Shown here: in pieces, positions 28,264 to 36,577 of the stretch
Layout of the letters: the number at the start of each line of letters is the position of its first letter
Numbering within the stretch: position 1 is the stretch's first letter
Assembly: GCA_034659655.1 (NCBI GenBank)
Contig: JAYEHT010000201.1
Location: forward strand, 1-43,083
Origin: Candidatus Aerophobota bacterium
Lineage (GTDB): Bacteria > Aerophobota > Aerophobia > Aerophobales > JAGGXI01
Length of the DNA stretch: 43,083 nucleotides
Direction of reading: 5' to 3'
Notes under the pieces: model-generated
What the model was told of the DNA's origin: nothing
Databases searched by the model: none
Seen by the model: the letters and a program-made list of their open reading frames with translations, nothing else
Translations under genes and position numbers: made by a program

Positions 28264-28279
28264 AGCCCTTTCTCCAGAA

Positions 28280-28305
28280 GAGGGCGACTAAAGTCGCCCC
28301 TACCC
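28280..28305. repeat. REP-like unit 2 (inverted orientation, compensated stem)
   Basis: The reverse complement reads GGGTAGGGGCGACTTTAGTCGCCCTC. Flank, GTAG and TTTA loop match unit 1. The stem core CGAC/GTCG replaces AGGC/GCCT. Confidence 0.8.
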
Positions 28306-28330
28306 CCCTACGAAGTTGTCCTTATTTCTT

Positions 28331-28353
28331 GGTAGAGGAGGCTTTAGCCTCCC
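28331..28353. repeat. REP-like unit 3 (same orientation as unit 1)
   Basis: GGTAGAGGAGGCTTTAGCCTCCC, directly after the aroB stop codon. With its flanks (28328-28356) it forms a ~30-nt direct repeat with 27788-27817. Confidence 0.8.
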
Positions 28354-28354
28354 T

Positions 28355-29425
28355 TTAAAGAACGCTCTTTATTATACGAGGAGGAACATCTCCTGTAAGA
28401 AATACCTCTCCTATATCCTTAGGCAATACAAAATGAATTCTTTCTCCCTTCCTTTTCTTATCTCTATAAAGAGCTCTCCAGAGTCTATTTTTATCTAATC
28501 CTCTTACTTCTGTAGGCAAACCAAAATCTTTTAAAAGCTTCTTCAGGCGAAAAAGCTTATCCTGAGAAAAAATTCCCATCTTTACAGCAATCTTCCCCGC
28601 AGCTACCATTCCTACAGATACAGCTTCACCATGGGTATACCTCTTATATTCGGTAACTACCTCTATAGCGTGCCCTATGGTATGCCCAAAATTTAAAAAT
28701 TCCCTTCCCTTTCTCTCTTCCCTCTCATCTTTTTCTACTATACGAGCTTTATTCCTCGCCGCCCTGGTTATTATAAACTGAAGAGAGTCCTCATCTAATC
28801 TCTTTATGCAGGATAAATTTTTCTCTAAATAAAGAAAAAGCTCTTTATCCTTTATTATCCCATATTTTACTACCTCAGCTAACCCTCCTTTAACTTCTCG
28901 CAAGGGGAGCGTCTTTAAAACCTTCTGATTCATATAGACAAACATCGGTTGATAAAAAGAGCCTACTAAATTTTTTCCTTCAGGCAGATTTACTGCTGTT
29001 TTCCCCCCTATGCTGGCATCAACCTGAGCAAGAAGAGTGGTGGGAAAAGAGATAAAATTTATCCCCCTCAGGTAAGTAGAAGCTACAAATCCTGCTAAAT
29101 CCCCTATAACTCCTCCTCCGAGAGCAAGTATAGTAGAATAGCGATCTAAGTTATGTTGAATACACCAATTATACAATTTTAACGCCTGAGATAATGATTT
29201 ATATCTTTCCCCCTGGGGAACCTTAGCTAAAAAGACATTAAAACCAGAACTCTCAAGACTATTTTTTACTTTCTCTCCGTATAATCCATAAACCTTTCCA
29301 TTGCTGACAATTAAAACCCTTTCTCCTCTATTAAAATCGGAAGCTATTTTTCCTATATTATCTATCTTCCCCCCTATATATACCGGATAACTCCGTTTAT
29401 CAAGGTTAACGGTAATTATATTCAT
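28355..29425 (-). CDS. aroB: 3-dehydroquinate synthase
   Basis: 356 aa with ALGGGVIGDLAGFVASTYLRGI, DASIGGKTAVN, and NFGHTIGHAIE. Confidence 0.9.
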   Translation of the reverse strand: MNIITVNLDKRSYPVYIGGKIDNIGKIASDFNRGERVLIVSNGKVYGLYGEKVKNSLESSGFNVFLAKVPQGERYKSLSQALKLYNWCIQHNLDRYSTILALGGGVIGDLAGFVASTYLRGINFISFPTTLLAQVDASIGGKTAVNLPEGKNLVGSFYQPMFVYMNQKVLKTLPLREVKGGLAEVVKYGIIKDKELFLYLEKNLSCIKRLDEDSLQFIITRAARNKARIVEKDEREERKGREFLNFGHTIGHAIEVVTEYKRYTHGEAVSVGMVAAGKIAVKMGIFSQDKLFRLKKLLKDFGLPTEVRGLDKNRLWRALYRDKKRKGERIHFVLPKDIGEVFLTGDVPPRIIKSVL

Positions 29426-29921
29426 CTTTTAAAGCTCTCAATATCTTCTCGGCTACTTCTTCAGGGGATAAATTGGATGTCTCTATTTTTAAATCCGCCT
29501 TTTCATAGTAAGGCTTACGTATCTCCAAAAGTTCCTCAATCTTCTCTTTTCTATTTTCGCCCTTTAATAAAGGACGAGTATTCTCTTTAGATGCCCTCTT
29601 TAAAATTATCTCCGACCTTGCCCAGAGACATATAATAATTCCCTTACTTTTTAAGGCACTTAAATTCTCTTTTCTTAAAACTGCTCCTCCGCCCGTGGAG
29701 ATAACATAATTATCCCATCTTGAAACCTCGCTGATTATCTGGCTCTCTTTTTGACGAAAATACCCCTCTCCCTCTACTTCAAATATCTCAAAAATTTTCT
29801 TCTTTTCTCTTTTTTCAATCACTTCATCTATATCTACATAATTCATTTTCAATTCCTGAGCTAATATCTTACCTGCTACACTTTTACCCGTACCCATAAA
29901 ACCGGTTAGCACAATATTCAT
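29406..29921 (-). CDS. aroK: shikimate kinase
   Basis: 171 aa with the P-loop LTGFMGTGKS and ISTGGG. Confidence 0.9.
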   Translation of the reverse strand: MNIVLTGFMGTGKSVAGKILAQELKMNYVDIDEVIEKREKKKIFEIFEVEGEGYFRQKESQIISEVSRWDNYVISTGGGAVLRKENLSALKSKGIIICLWARSEIILKRASKENTRPLLKGENRKEKIEELLEIRKPYYEKADLKIETSNLSPEEVAEKILRALKDEYNYR

Positions 29922-31081
29922 ATATTCTCTATCTGCTCTAAGTAACTAGCATAGTTTCTCTTTGTCTCTTTTAAACTATCCCCACCAAATTTTTCTCGCA
30001 TAGCTTTAGCAACCTCAAAAGCGGAGACCCCTTCACCTATAACTGCTGCTGGCGGAACAGCACAAACATCGGCACGCTCTTTCGCCGCCTTAACCTCCTC
30101 TTTGGTAACTAAATCTACAGAGTGAAGAGCTCGAGCTAAAGTAGAGATAGGCTTCATAGCTGCCCGCAAAATTATAGGCTCACCATTTGTCATCCCTCCT
30201 TCAATGCCTCCGGCATTATTTGTCAAACGGTAAAACTCTCTCTTTTGCTTATTGTAAAATATCTCATCCTGGACTTGAGAGCCAAATTTTTTGGCGGCAG
30301 AAAAACCCAATCCGATCTCTATCCCCACAATAGCCTGAATGCTCATCATTGCTCTGGCTAAACAAGCATCCAATTTGAGGTCCCATTGAATATAGCTACC
30401 TAAACCAATGGGTAGGCCTCTAATCATCACTTCAAAGATTCCTCCCAGACTATCGCCTGAGTTCCTTGCTCTATCTATTAACTTCATCATCTCCTTTTCT
30501 ACCTCTTTATTCAAACAACGAAGAGGAGAACCTTCAATCAGAGGATAGTTTTTATTTAAAGGTTTCCACTCACTCTTATCCTTTACTTTACCAATTTGTA
30601 TTACCCGGCTATAGAGATGGATACCAAACTCCTGAAGAAATTTTTTACAGACTGCCCCTACAGCCACTCTAACTGTTGTCTCTCTGGCACTTGCCCGTTC
30701 CAAAACATCCCTTATATCTTTAAAATCGTATTTAACTACCCCTGCAAAATCTGCATGTCCAGGCCGAGGATGAGTAAGAGCTTTAATCTCTTTCCCTTTT
30801 ATCTCCTCTATGCTCATAATATCCTGCCAATTTTCCCAATCAAGATTTCTAACCATTAAAGTGAGAGGGCTACCCAGAGTCTTTCCCAGACGAACACCGG
30901 AGAGAATCTCCACTTTATCTTTCTCAATACGCATCCTCCCACCTCGGCCATAGCCAACTTGTCGGCGAGCTAAATCCTTATCTATATCTTCATTTGACAA
31001 TCTTAATCCTGCGGGTATACCCTCCAGAATAGTCACTAAAGCCTTGCCATGTGATTCCCCGGAAGTTAGGTAACGAAGCAT
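29918..31081 (-). CDS. aroC: chorismate synthase
   Basis: 387 aa with LTSGESHGKALV, GRGGRMRIE, RPGHADF, and SARETT. Confidence 0.9.
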   Translation of the reverse strand: MLRYLTSGESHGKALVTILEGIPAGLRLSNEDIDKDLARRQVGYGRGGRMRIEKDKVEILSGVRLGKTLGSPLTLMVRNLDWENWQDIMSIEEIKGKEIKALTHPRPGHADFAGVVKYDFKDIRDVLERASARETTVRVAVGAVCKKFLQEFGIHLYSRVIQIGKVKDKSEWKPLNKNYPLIEGSPLRCLNKEVEKEMMKLIDRARNSGDSLGGIFEVMIRGLPIGLGSYIQWDLKLDACLARAMMSIQAIVGIEIGLGFSAAKKFGSQVQDEIFYNKQKREFYRLTNNAGGIEGGMTNGEPIILRAAMKPISTLARALHSVDLVTKEEVKAAKERADVCAVPPAAVIGEGVSAFEVAKAMREKFGGDSLKETKRNYASYLEQIENI

Positions 31082-31088
31082 CTTCTTC

Positions 31089-31937
31089 TTACCTTTCTAA
31101 CGCCTCTTTCATCTTTTTTAGAGGTGCTTTTTTATGAGTCCAGATTTCAAAGGAGCAGGCGCCCTGATAAATAAGCATTCCTGAGCCTCCCAGGCAGGAC
31201 AAATTCCTTTCCTCTGCCGCTTTTAAAAGTTCAGTCTTTCTATTATAGACAACATCATAAACAAATGTATGAGGAGTCAATAACTCCACATCTATTAGCA
31301 AAGGGTCTTCAGTATGCATCCCAACAGAGGTAGCATTAACCAATAAATCGACCTCATTCATTACTGTAGATGAGTTTACTTTATCAAAATCAATCAGTGT
31401 TATTTTACATTTACCCTGAAAAAACTTCTTTAAATGCTCTAATAAAACTTTTGCTTTCCTTCTGGTTCTATTAGCAATACTTAATTTTTTTACTCCCGCC
31501 TCTATTAAAGCAAAAGAGATAGCCCGGGCTGCTCCTCCCGCTCCTAATATAAGAGCTTTCTTTCCTTGCGGATTAAATCCTCCCTCTTCTGTTAAAGAGC
31601 TAATGAATCCTTTCCCATCTGTATTATAGCCAATTAGCTTATCATCTCTATAGCAAACTGTGTTCACCGCTTCCATCATTCTCACCTCAGGAGAGAGCTC
31701 ATCAAGATAGGGCAAAATTTTTTTCTTGTGAGGAATGGTAACATTCACTCCCACCATATTCAAAGATTTTATAGATTCAACAGCTATCTTCAAATCTTTC
31801 GGTTTTACTGAAAAGGGAAGATAAACAAAATCAAGTCCTAAAGCTTTGAAAGCAGCATTCTGAAAAAGAGGAGAAAGTGAATGACTCACCGGATAACCAA
31901 ATATTCCTACTATTTTTGTCTTACCACTGATCTCCAT
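31089..31937 (-). CDS. aroE: shikimate 5-dehydrogenase
   Basis: 282 aa with GIFGYPVSHSLSPLFQNAAF, NVTIPHK, and GAGGAARA. Confidence 0.9.
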   Translation of the reverse strand: MEISGKTKIVGIFGYPVSHSLSPLFQNAAFKALGLDFVYLPFSVKPKDLKIAVESIKSLNMVGVNVTIPHKKKILPYLDELSPEVRMMEAVNTVCYRDDKLIGYNTDGKGFISSLTEEGGFNPQGKKALILGAGGAARAISFALIEAGVKKLSIANRTRRKAKVLLEHLKKFFQGKCKITLIDFDKVNSSTVMNEVDLLVNATSVGMHTEDPLLIDVELLTPHTFVYDVVYNRKTELLKAAEERNLSCLGGSGMLIYQGACSFEIWTHKKAPLKKMKEALER

Positions 31938-31983
31938 TTTTTATGAAATCCCATAAAGAAGATTTAAGCTGTATCTTTATAGA

Positions 31984-32011
31984 ATTTTACCATATCTACT
32001 TAAGGTGTCAA
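31984..32011 (-). promoter_or_regulatory. sigma70-like promoter candidate for the shikimate operon
   Basis: On the minus strand: TTGACA (32011-32006), a 16-nt spacer ending in TGG, TAAAAT (31989-31984). Lies about 45 nt upstream of the aroE ATG. Confidence 0.45.
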
Positions 32012-32104
32012 TTTAAGCTTCTTATTTGGTAAGGAGAGTAGTCTGAAAAGGAATGAAAAAACAGAATAAGATTTTAATTTTGTCTATCGCGGAAAGGAAA
32101 ATTT

Positions 32105-33853
32105 TTATTTCGGCCTTCCCTCCTTATCCCAACCTCTCAGGCGATAATAATCGGAAAGCATCTTCTCGTAATCCTCTTCTTTCAATACTTTTCCATCTTC
32201 AAGGGGTTCGGTGAAGAATCGAGTAGGAGGAAAGTCATCTTTTTTACCTAATCCCTCTCTTATATTAAATCTTCTGGTGGTATCCATTATCCTGCAGCAG
32301 ATTCTCTTTAAATCTTTCTTTGTTAATTTAAGACCTGCAGTTGCTTCATAGACAACACTTAAATCATCCCAACCGATGAGGTCTCTATAGAATCGGCAAA
32401 GGATTAAGGTATCAAAAAGGGTGTGTCTATCCTCAAAATCTACAAAAACTTCAGCTTTTCCCTCAATAGCATCAGGTGCAATCATCCCCGATAGCTCCGC
32501 CTTGTAGATAGTAGCTCTTAGGTGACAGGCTCCCCGATCAGATGTGCCGTAAGCCAAAGACATTCCTTTTAATGTGCGAGGTTCATAACCGGGAGGCTCC
32601 ATGCCCTTCGCATGAATAGCTAAATCTTCTAAGTTAAGTTCTCTGCTCACCTGTTTTATTCCCTGAGAGAGAAGGGCTCCCAATCCTTTTCTTTTCGCAA
32701 TATCTTTAATTAAGTTGGCCGCTCCATCAACATCACCATAATCTAATTTAGTATCTATACGACCTCTTCGGGAAGCTTCCATAACAAAGGCTACTAAATT
32801 GCCCGCAGTTATTGTATCAATCCCTAAACGGTCACAGATATCATTTAAATAAGCTATCTCCTCCAGAGTCTCAATTAAACAGAGTCCCCCAAAGACACAG
32901 ATTGTCTCATACTCCGGTCCTTCAATTATTAAGCCCTTGTGCCTTCCTTTTAATACTTGACTGAGCTTCCCGCAAGCCATAAAACAGCCGGTGCAGGCAT
33001 TTGGTTTTACCTTCAACTCCTTAATAAGGGTCTCCCCACTTATTCTCTCCCAATCATCACGATGTCCCCTTGTCCAGTATTTAGTGGGAAATGCTCCTGC
33101 CTTATTACATAGAGCTACCAGTTGAGGAGTCCCCAATCTTCTGTAAGCAGCTACGCCAGGATTATCCTTTCCTTTAGCTCTTAAATCTTTAATATAATTT
33201 TTTAAAAGACTCTCATCAAAAAATTTTCTCTTCTTTTTTCCATGGAAAACTATCCCCTTTAACTTCTTAGAGCCCATCACCGCTCCCATGCCACATCTTC
33301 CCAAAGAGCGCCAGTAATTATTTTTTATACAGGAGAATCTAACCAGATTCTCACCCGCCGGTCCTATAACTACTGCCTGAGCTTCAGGAACACCTGCTTC
33401 CTTTAAAACAGCATCTTCAGTCTCGTAAGTCTCTTTTCCCCAGAGATGGGAAGCAGAGTGAAATTTAACTCCTTCGTCAGAAATCTCCACAAAAACAGGA
33501 GATTTAGAAGCTCCTTCAAAGATAATAGCATCATAACCTGTTCTACTTATATGAGGAGCCACCTTTCCTCCAGAATAAGACTCTCCATAAAAATTGGTTA
33601 AAGGGGATTTGCTGAATACCCCATATCTACTGGCAGCAGGGATCCTGCTGTCCGTTGCATTCCCTACAGCAAAGATTAATTTATTATCTTCAGATAGAGG
33701 GTCAATTCTTTCTTTAACCTCATTTAGCAATAGATAGCTTCCTGATCCTTTACCTCCGAAATAGGTTTTAAGAACCTCATCCGATATATCTTCCACTTTA
33801 TAACTTTGATTACTTAGATCTATCCTTAAAAGCTGATTAAAGAACCCGTACAT
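32105..33853 (-). CDS. aldehyde:ferredoxin oxidoreductase family (tungstopterin-type)
   Basis: 582 aa. N-terminal LLRIDLSNQSYKVEDIS..YFGGKG plus conserved Cys and EPRxxKG-like segments typical of AOR enzymes. Confidence 0.8.
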   Translation of the reverse strand: MYGFFNQLLRIDLSNQSYKVEDISDEVLKTYFGGKGSGSYLLLNEVKERIDPLSEDNKLIFAVGNATDSRIPAASRYGVFSKSPLTNFYGESYSGGKVAPHISRTGYDAIIFEGASKSPVFVEISDEGVKFHSASHLWGKETYETEDAVLKEAGVPEAQAVVIGPAGENLVRFSCIKNNYWRSLGRCGMGAVMGSKKLKGIVFHGKKKRKFFDESLLKNYIKDLRAKGKDNPGVAAYRRLGTPQLVALCNKAGAFPTKYWTRGHRDDWERISGETLIKELKVKPNACTGCFMACGKLSQVLKGRHKGLIIEGPEYETICVFGGLCLIETLEEIAYLNDICDRLGIDTITAGNLVAFVMEASRRGRIDTKLDYGDVDGAANLIKDIAKRKGLGALLSQGIKQVSRELNLEDLAIHAKGMEPPGYEPRTLKGMSLAYGTSDRGACHLRATIYKAELSGMIAPDAIEGKAEVFVDFEDRHTLFDTLILCRFYRDLIGWDDLSVVYEATAGLKLTKKDLKRICCRIMDTTRRFNIREGLGKKDDFPPTRFFTEPLEDGKVLKEEDYEKMLSDYYRLRGWDKEGRPK

Positions 33854-33956
33854 ATTTTAGCTCCTCCAAAATTTTTTATTGTAAGATAAACTGCTATTCT
33901 GGATCCGGCATGGGGGAAATCTCCGCAGAAATAAACCCTATAATTAACTTCTTTAA

Positions 33957-33984
33957 AATATACCAATAATTTTAGCAAAGTCAA
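33957..33984 (-). promoter_or_regulatory. sigma70-like promoter candidate for the AOR gene (extended -10)
   Basis: On the minus strand: TTGACT (33984-33979), a 16-nt spacer, TGG-TATATT (33965-33957). The IS left end lies only 15 nt upstream of the -35. Confidence 0.4.
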
Positions 33985-34048
33985 AATACGAGTTTAAAAA
34001 CAGAAAAATTGAAAGTTCCTCTGACTAAGATTTAGCAAGCATTATGGA

Positions 34049-34085
34049 GGGAGTCAAAACAAAGTTGACTCCCTTTTTCTTTTTT
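34049..34085 (+). terminator. intrinsic-terminator-like hairpin just inside the IS left end
   Basis: GGGAGTCAA (34049-34057) pairs with TTGACTCCC (34065-34073), followed by a T-run at 34074-34085. An extended -10 (TGGTATAAT, 34085-34093) for the IS genes follows immediately. Confidence 0.55.
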
Positions 34086-34131
34086 GGTATAATCCTATAT
34101 GTATATATTATATAAAGAAATAGGATAGCTT

Positions 34132-34539
34132 ATGATGGTAGACAGAAAAGCTCTTAGTGATATTCGTCAAGAGATAGTCTGGTTAAGGGAGGATCGAAAA
34201 AAATTAGAAGATTCACTTTTTAGACCAAAGAAAATGATTAGAGCCTCCTTAGTCTTTTTACCCAACTATTGCGGTAAAAAGGATTGTAGGTGCAAAAAGG
34301 GATTCCCTCACGGACCATATCCTTATCTTTCAGAAAGAAGAAAAGGAAAGACGAGAATGACCTATGTAAAAAAGAGCGATCTTTATGAGATAAAGGCTCA
34401 AGCCGAGGAATACGCTCGGTTTCAGCATAAATTAGCTCGCCTTACCAAGATAAACAAGAAGATAAGGTCCCTTTTGGAGAAGATACGAGATTTGAATTGT
34501 CGAGAAGTAGATGAATACAGGAAGAGAGGGGAAAAATGA
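34132..34539 (+). CDS. IS accessory protein (small Cys-rich / HGPY-motif protein)
   Basis: 135 aa with the motif CGKKDCRCKKGFPHGPYPYLSERRKGK. This resembles accessory ORFs found upstream of some IS transposases. ATGA overlap with the transposase. Confidence 0.6.
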   Translation: MMVDRKALSDIRQEIVWLREDRKKLEDSLFRPKKMIRASLVFLPNYCGKKDCRCKKGFPHGPYPYLSERRKGKTRMTYVKKSDLYEIKAQAEEYARFQHKLARLTKINKKIRSLLEKIRDLNCREVDEYRKRGEK

Positions 34540-36128
34540 GAGAAACTATTAAGGTATGGATAAGGAACGAGAAGAAGACAGAGGAAGCTATAATTAACGG
34601 AGAAAAGGTTGAAGTAGTAGAAAGTGATTTTGGAGCTAATGAGTTTGTCATTGACTTTCTCAAAGAGGCAGGTTTCTGGGATATTATAACAGACATGAAG
34701 CCCGAGATGAAAAAGAACAATGGATACCCATCAAATATCATCTTAGGCACTCTCATTATGAAGGAACTCCTCTCTATAGGCAAGCTATCCGGAGTTGGTA
34801 AGATTATTCAAGACGGCAAACTTATGGCCGATACCGGCTTTAATATTGAAAAAATTAAGAAAGCTGAAGAAAAGGGAAAGGGAGTAATAGATCTGGGGAC
34901 CTTGAGGAATCACCTAAAGAAGATTCCTCAAGATGAATCAGACAAAGCTTTTTATCAACATATCAAAATCTCGAGGGATAAAAGATGGATCAGGGGCAAG
35001 GAATATGTAGCTGATGCAGTAGAACTGGAGATTCCTTACGGAGAAACCTTTGAAGGGATGGGAAGAGTATGGAAGAAAAAGGAGAAAGGGTATAAATATG
35101 GCTACAAATTAGAGCTTTTGATGAATGTCACCACCACCGGAAGACTGCGCTTTATAGGGGCAGCCTTAGGTCCCATAAATAGTGATGAGAGGGCTCTTCT
35201 CACCCATATTTTCCAGGATATAGAAAAATATCTGGGCAAGGGTAAGGTAGGCGAGATAATAGATAGCCTTACCTTAGATAGAGGTTATTGGGAAGGACGT
35301 TTCTTGTGGGAATTAAAACATAGGTGGAAAGTAGACTTTGTCACCTTAGTTAGAGATGATGACCTTGATTTTGTCAAACATGTAGAGTACTACTTAAGAG
35401 GAGTAGAACCAACTTTCAAGGAAAGATGGATACAGGTTAAGAAAAGAGGGAGAAAAGAGAAAAAGAAGATCAGGATATGCGGAATCAATGGACTTTACTT
35501 AAGAAGGTACTCTAAAGAGGGAAAAGAAAAGGACTTAGGTAAAGTCAACGCCGTAGTTGTCTATGATGAAAAAGATGGAAGGATGAGAAGAAGGATTTAT
35601 GTTACTCCCCTGGAGGCTGAAGAGGACCCTTTAAAAATCTACAAGTGCTACAAGGATAGATGGACCATTGAAAATCAAGGAATAAGGTATCTATCCCAGA
35701 GATGGAACTTGAGAGATTTGGCTGGAAGAAGCCTAAATTCTATTCAGGCCAGAATCTGGACCATTCTTGTGCTTTACAATGCGGTAAAGATTCTAGAGAT
35801 GAAATATGAGAATAAGATGGAGAAGCTCAAGGATAAAATGAGAGAAAAAGGTGAGCGATCCTATCTTTCAGGTTCTGCCTTAATAGTTTATGGAAAAGAT
35901 AAATACTACGGGATCTTTAGTGGAGTTGAATATGCTAGGCTTACCACCAAAAGAAGGAATCAAGAAATCGCCAAAGAACTGGAGAAAATGTTAGTGGAAA
36001 AGGCCTCAAAGAAGAAAATAGTCGAGTTTGTAAAGAGACTCATCAGGTTAGCATTAGGGATATCAATCCCCACTTCTATCTCAAAGAAGAAAATAGCTGA
36101 GTTTATAAAAAGATTAAGGAAAGAGTAG
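34536..36128 (+). CDS. DDE transposase, IS4 family-like
   Basis: 530 aa with LTLDRGYWEG (second Asp region) and YKDRWTIENQGIRYL (the Y-2-R-3-E signature of IS4-type transposases). Confidence 0.8.
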   Translation: MRETIKVWIRNEKKTEEAIINGEKVEVVESDFGANEFVIDFLKEAGFWDIITDMKPEMKKNNGYPSNIILGTLIMKELLSIGKLSGVGKIIQDGKLMADTGFNIEKIKKAEEKGKGVIDLGTLRNHLKKIPQDESDKAFYQHIKISRDKRWIRGKEYVADAVELEIPYGETFEGMGRVWKKKEKGYKYGYKLELLMNVTTTGRLRFIGAALGPINSDERALLTHIFQDIEKYLGKGKVGEIIDSLTLDRGYWEGRFLWELKHRWKVDFVTLVRDDDLDFVKHVEYYLRGVEPTFKERWIQVKKRGRKEKKKIRICGINGLYLRRYSKEGKEKDLGKVNAVVVYDEKDGRMRRRIYVTPLEAEEDPLKIYKCYKDRWTIENQGIRYLSQRWNLRDLAGRSLNSIQARIWTILVLYNAVKILEMKYENKMEKLKDKMREKGERSYLSGSALIVYGKDKYYGIFSGVEYARLTTKRRNQEIAKELEKMLVEKASKKKIVEFVKRLIRLALGISIPTSISKKKIAEFIKRLRKE

Positions 36129-36415
36129 TTTCTCTATACTCTGCTGCCAAATTCAAGGGATTATCTCGCCCACGAGAGGGGAAGTATTGCTTTTTTCCTA
36201 TCTTTTACCTCCTGAGGTAGTTATAAAGAGGAAATTCTTCTAAATTCCTTTCCCTACTTTCCGTTTTCCTATCAAAAAATTCTCATTTTATTCCATTTTT
36301 ACCCTGAGAACCCCAAAATAGCACCAACTTTCAATTTTTCTGTTAAAAAAATCGGGGTTGACGAAAAAAATATAAGTTATAATATAAAAGTGTGACCTTC
36401 CGATTTTTAATATTC

Positions 36416-36542
36416 TGTGTATAACTCGTAGAAATTTCTCCTAATCTTATTTACAGAGACGAAGATGATATTTTTTCTTGTCCTTTTTCCTAAAATTAAA
36501 GAGTTTTTAGTTATCCACAGCTGTGGATAAGTCTGTGATTAA
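36416..36542. promoter_or_regulatory. DnaA-box cluster upstream of dnaA (candidate oriC part 1 / dnaA autoregulatory region)
   Basis: TGTGTATAA at 36416-36424 (1 mismatch). Perfect TTATCCACA at 36511-36519, facing perfect TGTGGATAA at 36522-36530. TGTGATTAA at 36534-36542 (2 mismatches). A TTGACG / TATAAT-like promoter lies at about 36356-36390. Confidence 0.65.
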
Positions 36543-36577
36543 CTTTTATCTATTTTACAAAATAGAAAGGCTTTTTG

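Larger units (their letters stand above)
33999..36344 (+). mobile_element. IS4-like insertion sequence (two ORFs, 19-bp perfect terminal inverted repeats)
   Basis: AACAGAAAAATTGAAAGTT at 33999-34017 is the exact reverse complement of 36326-36344. The repeats enclose a small accessory ORF and a DDE transposase. No clear target-site duplication; the flanks read TTTAAA and AAAAAA. Confidence 0.8.

Noticed and set aside
27705-28498. ORFs 27705..27932 and 28316..28498 (shared LGRGGFSLP peptide)
   Set aside because: They are read-throughs of the REP hairpin units on the non-operon strand and overlap aroQ, RAYT and aroB. The shared peptide is an artefact of the repeat.
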